Shown: piece by piece, positions 53,207 to 64,000 of the stretch
Position numbering within the stretch: position 1 is the first letter of the stretch
Layout: each line of letters opens with the position of its first letter
NCBI RefSeq assembly: GCF_028641065.1
Contig: NC_073398.1
Location: forward strand, 7,998,001-8,062,000
DNA from: Leucoraja erinacea
Taxonomy: Eukaryota
Reading direction: 5' to 3'
DNA: 64,000 bases
Notes under the pieces: generated by a model
The model's database searches: none
What the model was told of the DNA's origin: nothing
What the model saw: only the letters and a program-made list of their open reading frames with translations
Position numbers and translations under genes: made by a program

Positions 53207-53953
53207 AGCGAGTTCGGTATTCCGACTGCGCATGCCCAGGTCATAGGTCACTAGCTATAAAACAGTCTTGGCAACGATGGTGCTGCATTGTGTGCAGGCT
53301 TGTGTTTCGGCTGTAGTCGGGGTTGGCTCTCCGTCGCAGTGTATGCTGTTGAGCTGTCCCCATCCCCCTCCCCGGTGTCCCGTCCCTGTCCGGGGCGGCC
53401 CTGGACTTGCAGCTGCTGGCTCCAGCTCAGCTCTGCCTATCCCGCCGGGTTGGCCGGCAGCCCTCCACCTCCACCCCCCTCATACACAGAGATCCTGCTG
53501 AAGATGGGCAGCCGCCGGCCCTGCTCGAAGACGGGCAACTCGGAGCCGCTGCTGCTGGAGTCGTCCTGGTTGGAGAGAGAGAGTCTGCAGACGGGCTCCT
53601 GCTGGCCAGGGCAGGCCGGGCGCCCGCTGGAGCTGCTGGCGGTGATAGTGGTGCTGGCGGCAGCAGCAACCTTCTCCCCCTTCCTTGCCCAGGGTCTGGG
53701 CCAGCTCTAACTCCAGGTCGGGGCTGAAGGTTGCCCGCAGCGCAGCAGTCGAGCGCCGGAGGAGGCCGAGCCCAGGCTGGTGCTGTGGCACAGGTGAGGC
53801 CGGGGCCCTCGCTCCTCCTCGGGGTTGTGGACGGAGTGGCAGCGGGTACCGTAGGGGCGGCCTGAGGCCATGGGCTAACTGGCACTTGCCGCTTCCGTGC
53901 ATTTTTGACAAATCCCATGATTCCTTGCATTTTTTCGGAATACCGAACTTGCT
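53207..53953. mobile_element. Non-autonomous TIR element carrying gene-derived cargo (Pack-type)
   Basis: 19-bp TIRs agcgagttcggtattccga / tcggaataccgaacttgct (1 mismatch); TA duplication at 53205-53206 and 53954-53955 within the host motif cacctcatattctgcttggg. Confidence 0.85.
53479..53890 (-). pseudogene. Captured, internally deleted ZFP36/tristetraprolin-family gene fragments
   Basis: Collinear minus-strand pieces in different frames: GKCQLAHGL (end of CCCH finger 1), PYGTRCHSVHNPEEER (end of finger 2), RPHLCHSTS, RSPSADSLS, NQDDSSSSGSELPVFEQGRRLPIFSRISV (C-terminal CNOT1-binding motif). Paralog not determined. Confidence 0.85.
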
Positions 53954-55584
53954 TATTCTGCTTGGGTATCTTTTAACCCAGTGGTATGAACATTGAATTC
54001 TCCAATTTTAGGTAACCTCTGACTACCTGAACTCACACCCATCTCTCCCCTCCAGATTGGCCCCCTGGCCCACACCGTATACTTCACTATCCACAACTCT
54101 TCAAAACCCGTATCACACCCATTTTTCTTATAACTGACTTTTGTTCTAACCATCCAACTGTGTCAACCTATTACCAGCCACACTTTGTCCTGCCTTTTCC
54201 AAACACCCCCCACACCCACCCAGTGAAGAAGGGTCTCAACCCAAAACATCACCTATCCATGTTCTCCAGAGATGCTGCTTGACCCCCTGAGTTACTCCAG
54301 CACTTTGCATCTTTTTTATTTGTTAACTAGCATCTGCATTTACTTGTTCCAACAAAATTGGCAGATTTCCTTTATTGAAGGCTTATGACAACACAGCAGA
54401 TTCATTCATTTTATAAATCATTTTTAATATTAACTTTCCATTCCAGTTTTGTACTTATCCTGGTACTTTGCCTAAGATTTTCCTAATGATCACAAAAAGA
54501 GTCAAACATTATCTCTGGATACCTGTCAAGTAGCTTAACCAGTGCTTGTTTTGCACACCAACATATTCCTTTGTGTACAGGTCAATTAAAAATCAAGCGA
54601 CATCAACTATTTTTCCCATCAATATTCCCAACATTGAGGTAACTTACACCATGCGTTTAGACATGGAGTTAAGTTATTAGAAGTCAGTAGAAAGGCCCCC
54701 GATCCAAACGTCACCTGTCCTCCTTCTCCATAAATACTGCCTGACTCACCAAGTTACTCCAGTATTTTGTATCTTTTTTTGTAAACCAACGTTTTCACAA
54801 TTCCTTTTCTCATTGTTATAATTAATTCACACACTATCCATTAACTAATCATGATTAACAAACATACATGTCACATTGTTGGGAAACAAAATGTTTAACA
54901 TTCAGAAAAGCATTAAGCTTAACCATTATGCTACCATTCCTCAAATGAAGTAGGATATTCCTCATGTAGTATAAAGTGGTAATTTACAATAGTTATCCTA
55001 TTGGTATGTTTTTGGGCATGGAAATAAACCAAAGCACCTGGAAGGAGCCCAACAGGTACAGATACAACATGCAAAATCCCCCCAGACAAGTATCCTGGCA
55101 GCATCAAAAACTATGTCTACATTGTATCTTTATCCAAGCCATTAAGTTAGACTGAAAATAGTTGAGGATCCATCACAGATCGTGGTGGTCCTAATCATAG
55201 CTCGCTATGTTTTTCAACATTTTTTCCCTTTGTTCACCAATCCTCGATACATGCCAAGATATTACTCCAAATATCATGAGCTACTTTGTGCCATGACCCT
55301 CAATATGGCACCTTATTGATTGGCTTTTGGAAATCTGATTACGCTACATCTACCGTTTTCCCCTTTATCTATTGTACTCACTACATTAATGAAAACACAA
55401 ATGCCACGATTTCCCCATTAGGTAACCATGGTGAATTTCCTAATGATACGCTGATAATGGATTCCAACATCTGCCCAACGATAAATGTTGAGATAACCAA
55501 CCCTCATTTCTCGAATTGGAGACTTGCATATGTAATTTTCTAGTCAACCAAGTTTTTTCCAGAACTCAAGCTAACAATCAACCT

Positions 55585-56475
55585 GTTTAAGAAGGAACTG
55601 CAGATGCTGGAAAATCGAAGTTAGACAAAAATGCTGGAGAAACTCAGCGGGTGAGGCAGCATCTATGGAGCGAAGGAAATAAGCAACGTTTCGGGGTCGA
55701 ACCCCTTCTTCCGATGTGAGGGGGGGGGGGGGGGGGGGGGATAAGAAGAAAGGAATAGGTGCAGCCAGTGGGGAGGAGATGGGAAGATAAGGCAAGTGGT
55801 GGGTGGGGTCACGTTGGAGGTGGCAAAAATGCCGGAGGATTATTTGTTGTTATCCTCTGTCATTTTCGCCACCTCCAACGTGACTCCACCACTTGCCACA
55901 TCTTCCCATCTCCCGTCTGCTTTCCGCAGAGACCGCTCCCTCCGTAACTCCCCGGTCAATTTGTCCCTTCCAACCCATACCACCCCCTCTCCTGGCACTT
56001 TCCCTTGCAACCGCAGGAAATGCTACACCTGTCGCTTTACCTCCCCCCCCTTGACTCCATTCAAGGACCCAAGCAGTATTTCCAGGTGCGGCAGAGGTTC
56101 ACCTGCACCTCCTCCAACCTCATCTATTGCAGCCGCTGCTTTAGATGTCAGCTGCTCTACATCAGTGAGACCAAGCGTATGCTTGGCAATCGCTTTGCCA
56201 AACACCTCCACTCGGTTCACAATAACCAACCTGATCTCCCAGAGGCTCTGCACTTCAACTAGCCCCTCCCATTCCGAATCCGACCTTTCTGTCCTGGGCT
56301 TCCTCCATGGCAAGAGGACCACCGTAAATTGGAGGAGCAGCACCTCATATTTCGCTTGGGCAGTTTGCACCCCAGCGGTATGAACATTGACTTCCCTAAA
56401 TTTAGGTGGTTATTACTTTCCCCTCCCCTTCTCAACTCTCCATCAGCCCACTGGCTCCACCTCTTCCTTTCTTCC
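55585..56475 (+). mobile_element. Penelope-like (Neptune-type) GIY-YIG fragment with inverted pLTR
   Basis: PCNRRKCYTC and FTCTSSNLIYCSRCFRCQLLYISETKRMLGNRFAKHL (Cys-rich GIY-YIG); minus-oriented pLTR at 55585-55790. Confidence 0.85.
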
Positions 56476-57320
56476 TTTATCCTGTTTGCTTGATGATGGT
56501 TTGAGATTACTTCAACCCACCCCGCCTCTTCCGGCTGAAAAATTATTTATTAGTACTAGGTTTTAAAAATATCTTCAAACCTGAAGATTAATAGAAAACC
56601 TTTTCCAAGTTTCACCCATTTTGTATTTAATCATTTTTCCCAGTCTCATTCTCTAAGGAATCCACATACGTTTTAGCTTTTCCTTTGTATGCCCAAACTC
56701 CTCTTTTTATTTCATGCAGATCTATCCACATTTACCATCAAATCTTTATCCCCATCTGCTGGTTTACACCAAGCTTGACAATGAGTTTTCTTTCAACTTG
56801 AAGATAGCCTTGACTTAGTCAGCTAGAGGCAGATCACCACATTAATAGAGTGGTCCATTTCACAATTGGGAAGTCTCAAGTATCTGTTTTCTCACATGTT
56901 AGTTTTTAAATCTAATTTCCACTACTGCCTGCCTACCTTTACAGCAATAAAGACATTTGCTGTTTATCTAATGCATTTCCATTTAAATCAAATATGAAAC
57001 TTGATGCAATGATTTTGCTTTGGGGAACTGTTACTATAAAATCATTAATTAATCTAATCTTATGGTTGACGACATGTAAATAACTGGATGAGGTTAATTC
57101 TATAACATTGTACCAAAAATAAATTGATTCAACTCGCCCTCAAGAGTAATTTTGCCACTTTGATTTGTTTAATATTAAACAATAAAATTGACCACTATTA
57201 TTTAATACATTTCTTACATGTACAGGTGCACAACCTTTTATCCGAAAGCCTTGGGACCAGACACTTTTCGTAATTCAGAATTTTTCGGTTTCGGAATGGA
57301 AGATTTTTAGCGTAGATTTT

Positions 57321-57394
57321 AACGGCTGGCTCAGTGGTAGAGTGCTCGGCTCGTATCCGTAAGGTCGCGAGTTTGCGCCTCGATCCCGGCAGTT
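57321..57394 (+). other. tRNA-like sequence (SINE head or pseudo-tRNA) inside the DNA element
   Basis: D-arm/box A tggctcagtggtagagt, anticodon arm cgg-ctcgtat-ccg, aggtc variable loop, disrupted T arm. Confidence 0.6.
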
Positions 57395-57609
57395 ACTCGA
57401 TCGCGAGTTTGAGTCTTCAATGTAGGTTTTTCTTGCAGAATAGGAGAGAATAGGGAGGGTTAGGCTGGGATCCTTCTCTGCGAGATGATCTTAGTGCGGG
57501 AGACAAGTGTAGGAGAGGTGTACTGAGTGTGTGGGCAGAACTTTGGAAGTGATTGCCCACCATTCTCAAAAGCCGCTGTGTCTCCCTGTCCCTCCAACTC
57601 CAGAGGAAT

Positions 57610-58425
57610 CCGCTCCCCGATGGGCCGCTACGGCGATAAGTGGCAGTTCGCCCACAGCCCGAGCTGCGCCCCCTCATCCGCAACCCGGGTTCCTCTGGAG
57701 TTGGAGCGGGGCTGGGCTAGAGTTGTTGCTGGCTGTGAGTCTCTGGGATCTCCGTGCTTGCAGTGGGCCTGGGGGTCGGTGTCCCGATGAGGGGGCGCAG
57801 CTCGGGCTGTGGGCGAACTGCCACTTGTCGCTGTAGCGGCGCATCGGGGAGCGGCTTCTGGTGGTCCTGACGTCTCTCAGCTCCTGTCCAGGGGGACGGC
57901 TGGAGACGTCAGGACCAACAGGAACCCGCTCCCCGATGCGCCGCTACGGCGCCAAGTAGCAGTTCCCCCCACAGCCCGAGCTGCGCCCCCTCATCCGCAA
58001 CCTGGGTTCCTCTGGAGTTGGAGCGGGGCACTTCGAGAGTTGTTGCTGGCTGTGAGTCTCTGGGATCTCCGTGCTTGCAGTGGGCCTGGGGGTCGGTGTC
58101 CCGATGAGGGGGCGCAGCTCGGGCTGTGGGCGAACTGCCACTTGTCGCTGTAGCGGCCCGTCGGGGAGCGGCTTCTGGTGGTCCTGATGTCTCTCAGCTC
58201 CTGTCCAGGGGGACGGCCGGAGACGTCAGGACCAACAGGAACCCGCTCCCCGATGCGCCGCTACAGCGACAAGTGGCAGTTCGCCCACACCCCGAGCTGC
58301 GCCCCCTCATCCGCAACCCGGGTTCCTCTGGAGTTGGAGCGGGGCTGGGCTAGAGTTGCTGCTGGCTGTGAGTCTATGGGATCTCCGTGCTTGCAGTCGG
58401 TGTCCCGTTGGTCCTGACGTCTCCG
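57610..58425. repeat. ~317-bp GC-rich tandem repeat (about 2.5 copies) with internal inverted repeats
   Basis: Units start at 57610, 57926 and 58243. Unit 1 has 69-bp arms (57610-57678 / 57786-57854) and a 14-bp stem (57863-57876 / 57903-57916). Confidence 0.9.
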
Positions 58426-61400
58426 GTCACCCCCTAGAATGGAGCTGAGACTGGGAACTGCACCGCCCTTACCCCCTCCCTCTGCAACTGCAAACAACCC
58501 CACAGTTCCCAGTCTCATTCTGTACAGGGGGGTTGCCACACGTACAGCCCGAGCCATCAGCTTTTCCCTACGGGGCCAGCGGAGAGCGTCTTTTCTGGAA
58601 TTGGAACGGGGCTGGGCTCTGCTGGCTGTGGGTCTCTGGAATCTCCGTGCTTGCATCCCCCTGGGGGTCGGTTTACACCAAGCTTGACCGGTGACTGGCA
58701 CTTTCAACGTGAAGATAGCCTTGACAAAGCCAGCTAGAGCCGGATGCAATGCGCGGGGAGCTGGAGAGGGGAGGGAAGAGGTCACACACATGGCCGGGAA
58801 GCAGAGGGGTGTAGGTGGGGTGAAACTGAAGGGAGCGACAATCTACTGCTGCCTGCACTCTGAGTTAAAAAGTTCCTACGCAAGACTCACGATACACTGA
58901 TTTGAGTTACCGTGGGAACTTTTTAAGCTACGGGCAAAGCAGATTGTCAATTATTAACCCTATGGTTATACCCTCACCTTCTAAATTATGAATGGGGGTT
59001 TAGTTATAACATTGTACCAAAACCGACCGGATTCCGCTGTCAACTCGCGGGCCGCAAGAGTGAATTTTTTCAATTTGATCAAGGACTGAAAAAATTAGAC
59101 ATTCGGATTGGACCGTTATTATTTAATACATTTCTTACATGTACCTACTTCTGCTCTCTAGTTCAGCTAGTTAAGTGGAGTCAGTCCTTGTGATTTAACC
59201 TTCCAGACTAACCCATCATACAAAAGTTCTTGCTAAGTCCAAAGAGATAATGTATGAATATGACTAGCTATTCTGTCCAGTCATTTATTTATTCACTCAC
59301 TCAATTGATTCTACATCCTCATCCATTCGCCAAATTCCTCTCAAACATTTTGTTGCGTGCCGACCAGTCAGCGGAAAAACAATGCATGATTACAATCGCT
59401 CCATTTACGGTGTATAGATATATGATAAGGGAGTAACGTTTAGTGCAAGGTAAAGCCAGCAAGTCTGATCAAGGATAGTCCGAGGGTCATCAAAGTGGTA
59501 GATGGTACTTCAGCACTGCTCTCTGGTTATGGTAGGATGATTCAGTTGCCTGAAGAGCCAGACAGCAGATCAAGTTGTGTGCGGCAAACTAACTGTACTG
59601 CTGACAATACAACACTCAATATCTCAAGAGCTCCAATTTTCTACTGCACAGCTTACTTTCAGGTGTATATCATTTGATACTTCAAACATTTGGTTTGAAT
59701 AATTGGAACAGAGAGCTCGGAGATGAGAATGGACTAATTATAGAGGTTTTCCCGAAATGCTAACCATCAATCAGCTTTAATTACCCTTCCTAAAAGTATG
59801 TTTTGCAGACTTCAGGTCTATTCTGTCAATGTTTTAATCACAAAATTACAGTAAACAATCTCTGCCTGCATATTGATATTTTACAATAGTTTGCTGCAGC
59901 TACAAGGTGTAATAAATGCAAATATTTGAAAGGTTCTATGAAATGAATCAATTTTCAACGGTAATGCATTGCGTTGATGTTTAAGAAATTTCAGATTTGG
60001 TATTTATAGTCTTAATTTTAAGTATGGTGCTGCCCCCTGAAAGATGGATTATCCTCTGAACAAAAAATATTTCTCAAATATTTTGCTATGGGCACTGGTA
60101 CGGCCAGTTACTCGTTGATCCAGATATGATTATATTCCATATTCAAAGGCTCTCGAATATTTCAAATGAATGTGCAAGGCCCTAACGTTATTATCTCCCA
60201 TATACAGCATGTGGTTTTTCTTCATTTATTCCGAGGTTTTAATTTGTTGGTTGTGAAGGTTTAATATTCACTAGTTATTGAGGAACAGTTCCCAACTAAA
60301 ACACACAATAGACAAACCAGGGATAAACAAAAATGGCACAGCTTATGAACCTAATAAAATTGAAGCAAAAGTAATCTTTACAATTTAAAAATGTACGGTT
60401 ATCACCCTTTTTACATCAAACTTCCCTTCATCTTGCAAACTGGTTCAGAAGCATTTGCCAAAGATATCAACATAATATTTTGTTTAAAAAAAAACTGTAT
60501 TAAGTATACCAGGAGGCTAAACCTTGCCCTCATTGGTCTGGCACCTCCTTTAATCCAGACTAAATTACTAGAGTGCACTCGAAATCTCTCCCCAGGTGTG
60601 TGTCCCCCCCAAATTGTGGTGCCTAGGCCAGGTGAGGCAGTCTCATCTGGACTTCCATGGCCGAACTTCTAATCAGTGGATCGAATTTGCCCCCCCTGCG
60701 ACTGGGGCTCTGGAACGCCAACCCAGTCGGAACTGGCAGATCCGCTCCTTTTGTCCACTTCCTAGACTATCTTTGTGGGCCAGTATCTCAGCCTCCCGGC
60801 AGCAAGGATGGACTGTACTATTCGACTCCTCCCTGAGACAGTGACCTCTGCTGGTCCAATAAAGCAGATAGTCCATCAAGACTCTTGAATCAAAGGTGCC
60901 GAAAATTGGTCGGTATTATGTAATCTTGCAGACACATGAACTAAACAAACAAATTTCCACATTTGCTGTACTGTTATTTTTCTGGTGACAGTACAAGTGG
61001 ATCACAATTGTGTATTACCCTAGTAGACAAAAAACCAAAAGTGAAAATGCTCCAGCATACTGGAACTCCAGCGCTGACATTCCTACTTCTACCCATTCCC
61101 GTCGGTAGATGATACAGAAGCATGAAAGCACCACCACTGCTTCTTTTCCTGATATCAGGCTTCTGAACGGTCCTTTCACGAGCAAGGAAGACCTACTACA
61201 TTGCAGATATTGGACTTTTTCCTCTGAAACTGTTACACTACAATTATGAGAACTATATACGGCATCAAAAAAACTCAGTTATTCAAACTTTCAGTACCTC
61301 TCATGTTTTTCCATTATATATAGTCACTAATAAAAGCATCGAGGCAGAACATTTGATTTGATTCTAAAAAAAAAAAATCAAATTTGATCACGGAATTAAA

Positions 61401-62619
61401 ATTAAATTGAACTACTGGAACCTAGTAATATAAAATAATCTTCAATAAAGCTTGTAGATTTAGACCGCAACATAAAGATAGTGACTCTTCGAGTGACATT
61501 AATATTTTTTTCAATATTTGCATTTAAAAAGTTGTGAGAATCTTGTTTTAATCAAACCAGTTGGTTCAAAAGAACTGCTTTAATAATATTCATAAACTCT
61601 TTTGCATATTCAAATCTGATAATTTATAAATAGCAGCAACTAGCTCAAATAAAATTAACATGTTTCAACTTGTATTTTTCCTCATAGTCCTTAAAATTAT
61701 TATTCGAAACAGCACTCTCAAAAGTTTCAACATTTCAGTAGAACAGTTCTAACCTTGCACAATGTAATAGAGGACTTAAACATTTGTCATGTAGCTTTAT
61801 ATCTTGCTAATATGTGTCAAGTTTAATGGTTGCATACAAAGAAACAGGGTAGAGTGGCACAGCTATGAGATACACTACTTCGCCACTGCAGATACCAATG
61901 TCGATCCTGAACATGTATTATGTGGGGAGTTTGCAATTTTTCCCTGTGACTGCACAGGTTTCCCCTCAGTATTCCGCTCCCCCCCCCCCCCCCCCCCCCC
62001 CCCCATCCCAAAGACCCGTGGGTTGTTAGTTCCATCAGCAAATGTAAAAACCCACAAATGTGTAGATGATTGGTGATATCTGGGGAGAGTTGATGAAAAC
62101 AAAAGGAGAACAAAACAGGAATATTGCACACTTTTTGGATCAGAGTGCCTCGCAAGGAGATGAGCAGTGTTTGCTGATCGTGCACCATAATTTTCTCTGA
62201 AGAGGGGAAAAGAGTTTCTCTTCTGTTCACTGTTGTCATGTTGAAAACTCTTTCCATTCCCGAGCTTGCTCTTTTCTTGTTACTGTTATTACCTTAGTCA
62301 AATGGAAGAAACTATATTGAAGCTTGTTCCATTAAAGCCAAGAAGACTACATTACAATCAAGTTTAAGTGAAATGGTTAAAATATGGAATGTTTTATATG
62401 ATTAACAAATTTTAATTTATTATTGCTTAAAAATCATACATTTTTTGTGCCAGGATTGTTTGGTGGTAATTGTGGGAAACTATGGAATTTAAAAAGAAAA
62501 ACATGCAAAGTTTAAACAAGTGAGCTTCTTCTGATGAAATAGATCAAGGTGTTTAGCTTTGAAAGATGGTCTCTACCTTGTTTCATTACTAGTGAACAAT
62601 ACTAGGAAATCAGGTTTCT

Positions 62620-63195
62620 GAGGAGAACAACTGAACAAACTGCTTACTGAGTCATGCAGGCATACACCAATGAAACCGGTCTTTGACAAACAAACTGCCC
62701 ATCAACCTCCCAGTTACGCCAATGCTGCATTACTCCTATTATATTCTCCCCACATCCAATGTGATTCTACCACCAGTCACATCCTCCTATCTCCATCCCT
62801 TTCCGGAGACCACTCCCTCAAATCTTTGGTTTCCTCAACCCCTCCTTCCCAACCTTCCCTGCCCCCCAAATACTTCCCTCTGCAGGAGACCCAACACATG
62901 TCCCTATTCGTCAAACCTTGTCTACTGGATTTGGTTCACCCAATGTGGTCTTCTTTGCATCAGCGACACCAAGCTTGTTCTAGGTGACCATTTCACCAAA
63001 CACAAGCACCCTGTCTGACTTGGCCTGGTCGATCTCCTGGTTGCTAACCATTTTAACTCGCTTACCCATTCTCATACCAACCTTTTTGTCGATGGCATCC
63101 ATTGTTGCTGGAGCAATTGGAGTAACAGCGCCTCATTCCACTTGGGTACCTTACCAACCTAATGGCATGAACCTTGAATTCTCTACTTTGAGTAA
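62620..63195 (+). mobile_element. Old Penelope-like GIY-YIG remnant
   Basis: SNLVYWIWFTQCGLLCISDTKLVLGDHFTKH aligns by eye to the 56005-56262 ORF. Confidence 0.65.
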
Positions 63196-63329
63196 TACAT
63201 CCCCTCTCTGCCCTGTGCATGGCTCACCATGATGTAGACACATTTCTCCCCCATTTCCCGCAAGACTCCCTTCCAGCCACCTTACTTGCTCCACAATTTG
63301 AGATTTGTAATATTAAAAAAAAGTCATGT

Positions 63330-64000
63330 GGTAAAGTGCACCTTATCAGATTTTAATAAAGCCATTTTTATATATTTGTGTTTGGGAAACAGAAGATGTT
63401 TAGCTCTGAAAGATGGTCTCTTAATGTCATATAAATGAAAGTAGTCATGTTTAGTATTTTGTTGCATATCCTTTGCATGTAATTACTGCTTGAAGTCTGC
63501 GATTCATGGACATCACCAGTTGCTGGGTGTCTTCTCTGGTGATGCTCTGCCTGGCCTGTATTGCAGCCATCTTTAGCTTAAGCTTGTTTTGGGGGCCAGT
63601 CCCCTTCAGTTTTCTCTTCAGCGTATAAAAGGCATGCTCAATTGGGTTCAGATCGGGTGATTAACTTGGCTACACAGGAATTGACCATTTTTCAGCTTTG
63701 AAAAACTCCTTTGTTGCTTTAGCAGTATGTTTGTGATCATTGTCTTGCTGTACAATGAACCGCCAGCCAATGAGTTTTGAGGCATTTGTCTGAACTTGAG
63801 CAGATAGGATGTGTCTATACACTTTAGAATTCATTATGCTACTACCATCAGCAGTTGCATAATCAATTAAGATAAGTGAGCCAGTACCTTTAGCAGCCAT
63901 ACATGCCCAGGCCATAACACCCCCACCACCGTGTTGCACAGATGAGGTGGTATGCTTTGGATCTTGGGCAGTTCCTTCTCTCCTCCATACTTTGCTCTTG
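63330..64000 (-). mobile_element. Tc1-like transposon, decayed DD34E transposase C-terminal half, running off the window
   Basis: HGGGGVMAWACMAAKGTGSL...QQDNDHKHT...WPS*SPDLNPIEH motifs with a stop and a frameshift. Confidence 0.88.

Larger units (their letters stand above)
52413..54356 (+). mobile_element. Penelope-like (Neptune-type) insertion with inverted 5' pLTR, split by two DNA transposons
   Basis: 11-bp TSD attggcagatt (52402-52412, 54357-54367); inverted pLTR 52413-52458; decayed GIY-YIG (LLYIGETK); direct pLTR 54220-54352. Confidence 0.8.
57223..59141. mobile_element. Non-autonomous Tc1/mariner-pogo-like element; right end corrupted or mosaic
   Basis: TA|caggtgcacaaccttttatccgaaa left end, GC/CpG-rich interior; no clean right TIR. 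Confidence 0.55.

Noticed and set aside
53479-53890. Functional ZFP36 gene
   Set aside because: Both zinc fingers are truncated, there are several frameshifts, and it lies between transposon TIRs.
57321-57394. Functional tRNA gene
   Set aside because: The T arm is disrupted, the acceptor stem is imperfect, and it sits within a transposon.
57417-58900. Multiple overlapping ORFs with repeated peptides
   Set aside because: They arise from the GC-rich 317-bp tandem/inverted repeat; no recognisable domain.
57196-59144. 28-bp target-site duplication
   Set aside because: Similarity to the left flank extends patchily over ~470 bp, which does not fit a simple TSD.

Overview
Vertebrate genomic DNA, most likely a cartilaginous fish (skate/ray; inferred from HE1-type tRNA SINEs, HER1/CR1 LINEs and the abundant Penelope-derived repeat). 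The window lies almost entirely inside one minus-strand gene, AEBP2 (PRC2.2 accessory zinc-finger protein). Six consecutive coding exons (equivalent to human exons 2-7) have GT-AG boundaries and a continuous reading frame; exon 1 was not found (presumably beyond position 64000) and the terminal exon was not located with confidence. The introns are dense with transposable elements: CR1, Rex1/Babar, a near-intact Vingi-like LINE, Neptune-type Penelope elements and about 20 short pLTR copies carrying minimal hammerhead-ribozyme motifs, tRNA SINEs, and DNA transposons (P-like, hAT-like, Tc1, pogo-like, Harbinger-like, Helentron-like). The most notable observations are a TIR element carrying condensed fragments of a ZFP36/tristetraprolin-family gene, a P-like element containing three 31-36 bp remnants that look like P-transposase excision footprints, TSD-flanked hammerhead/hairpin mini-elements, and an apparent gene-conversion tract between two inverted Rex copies that bracket exons 4-5. 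All calls were made by eye; repeat boundaries without a TSD or TIR are approximate.
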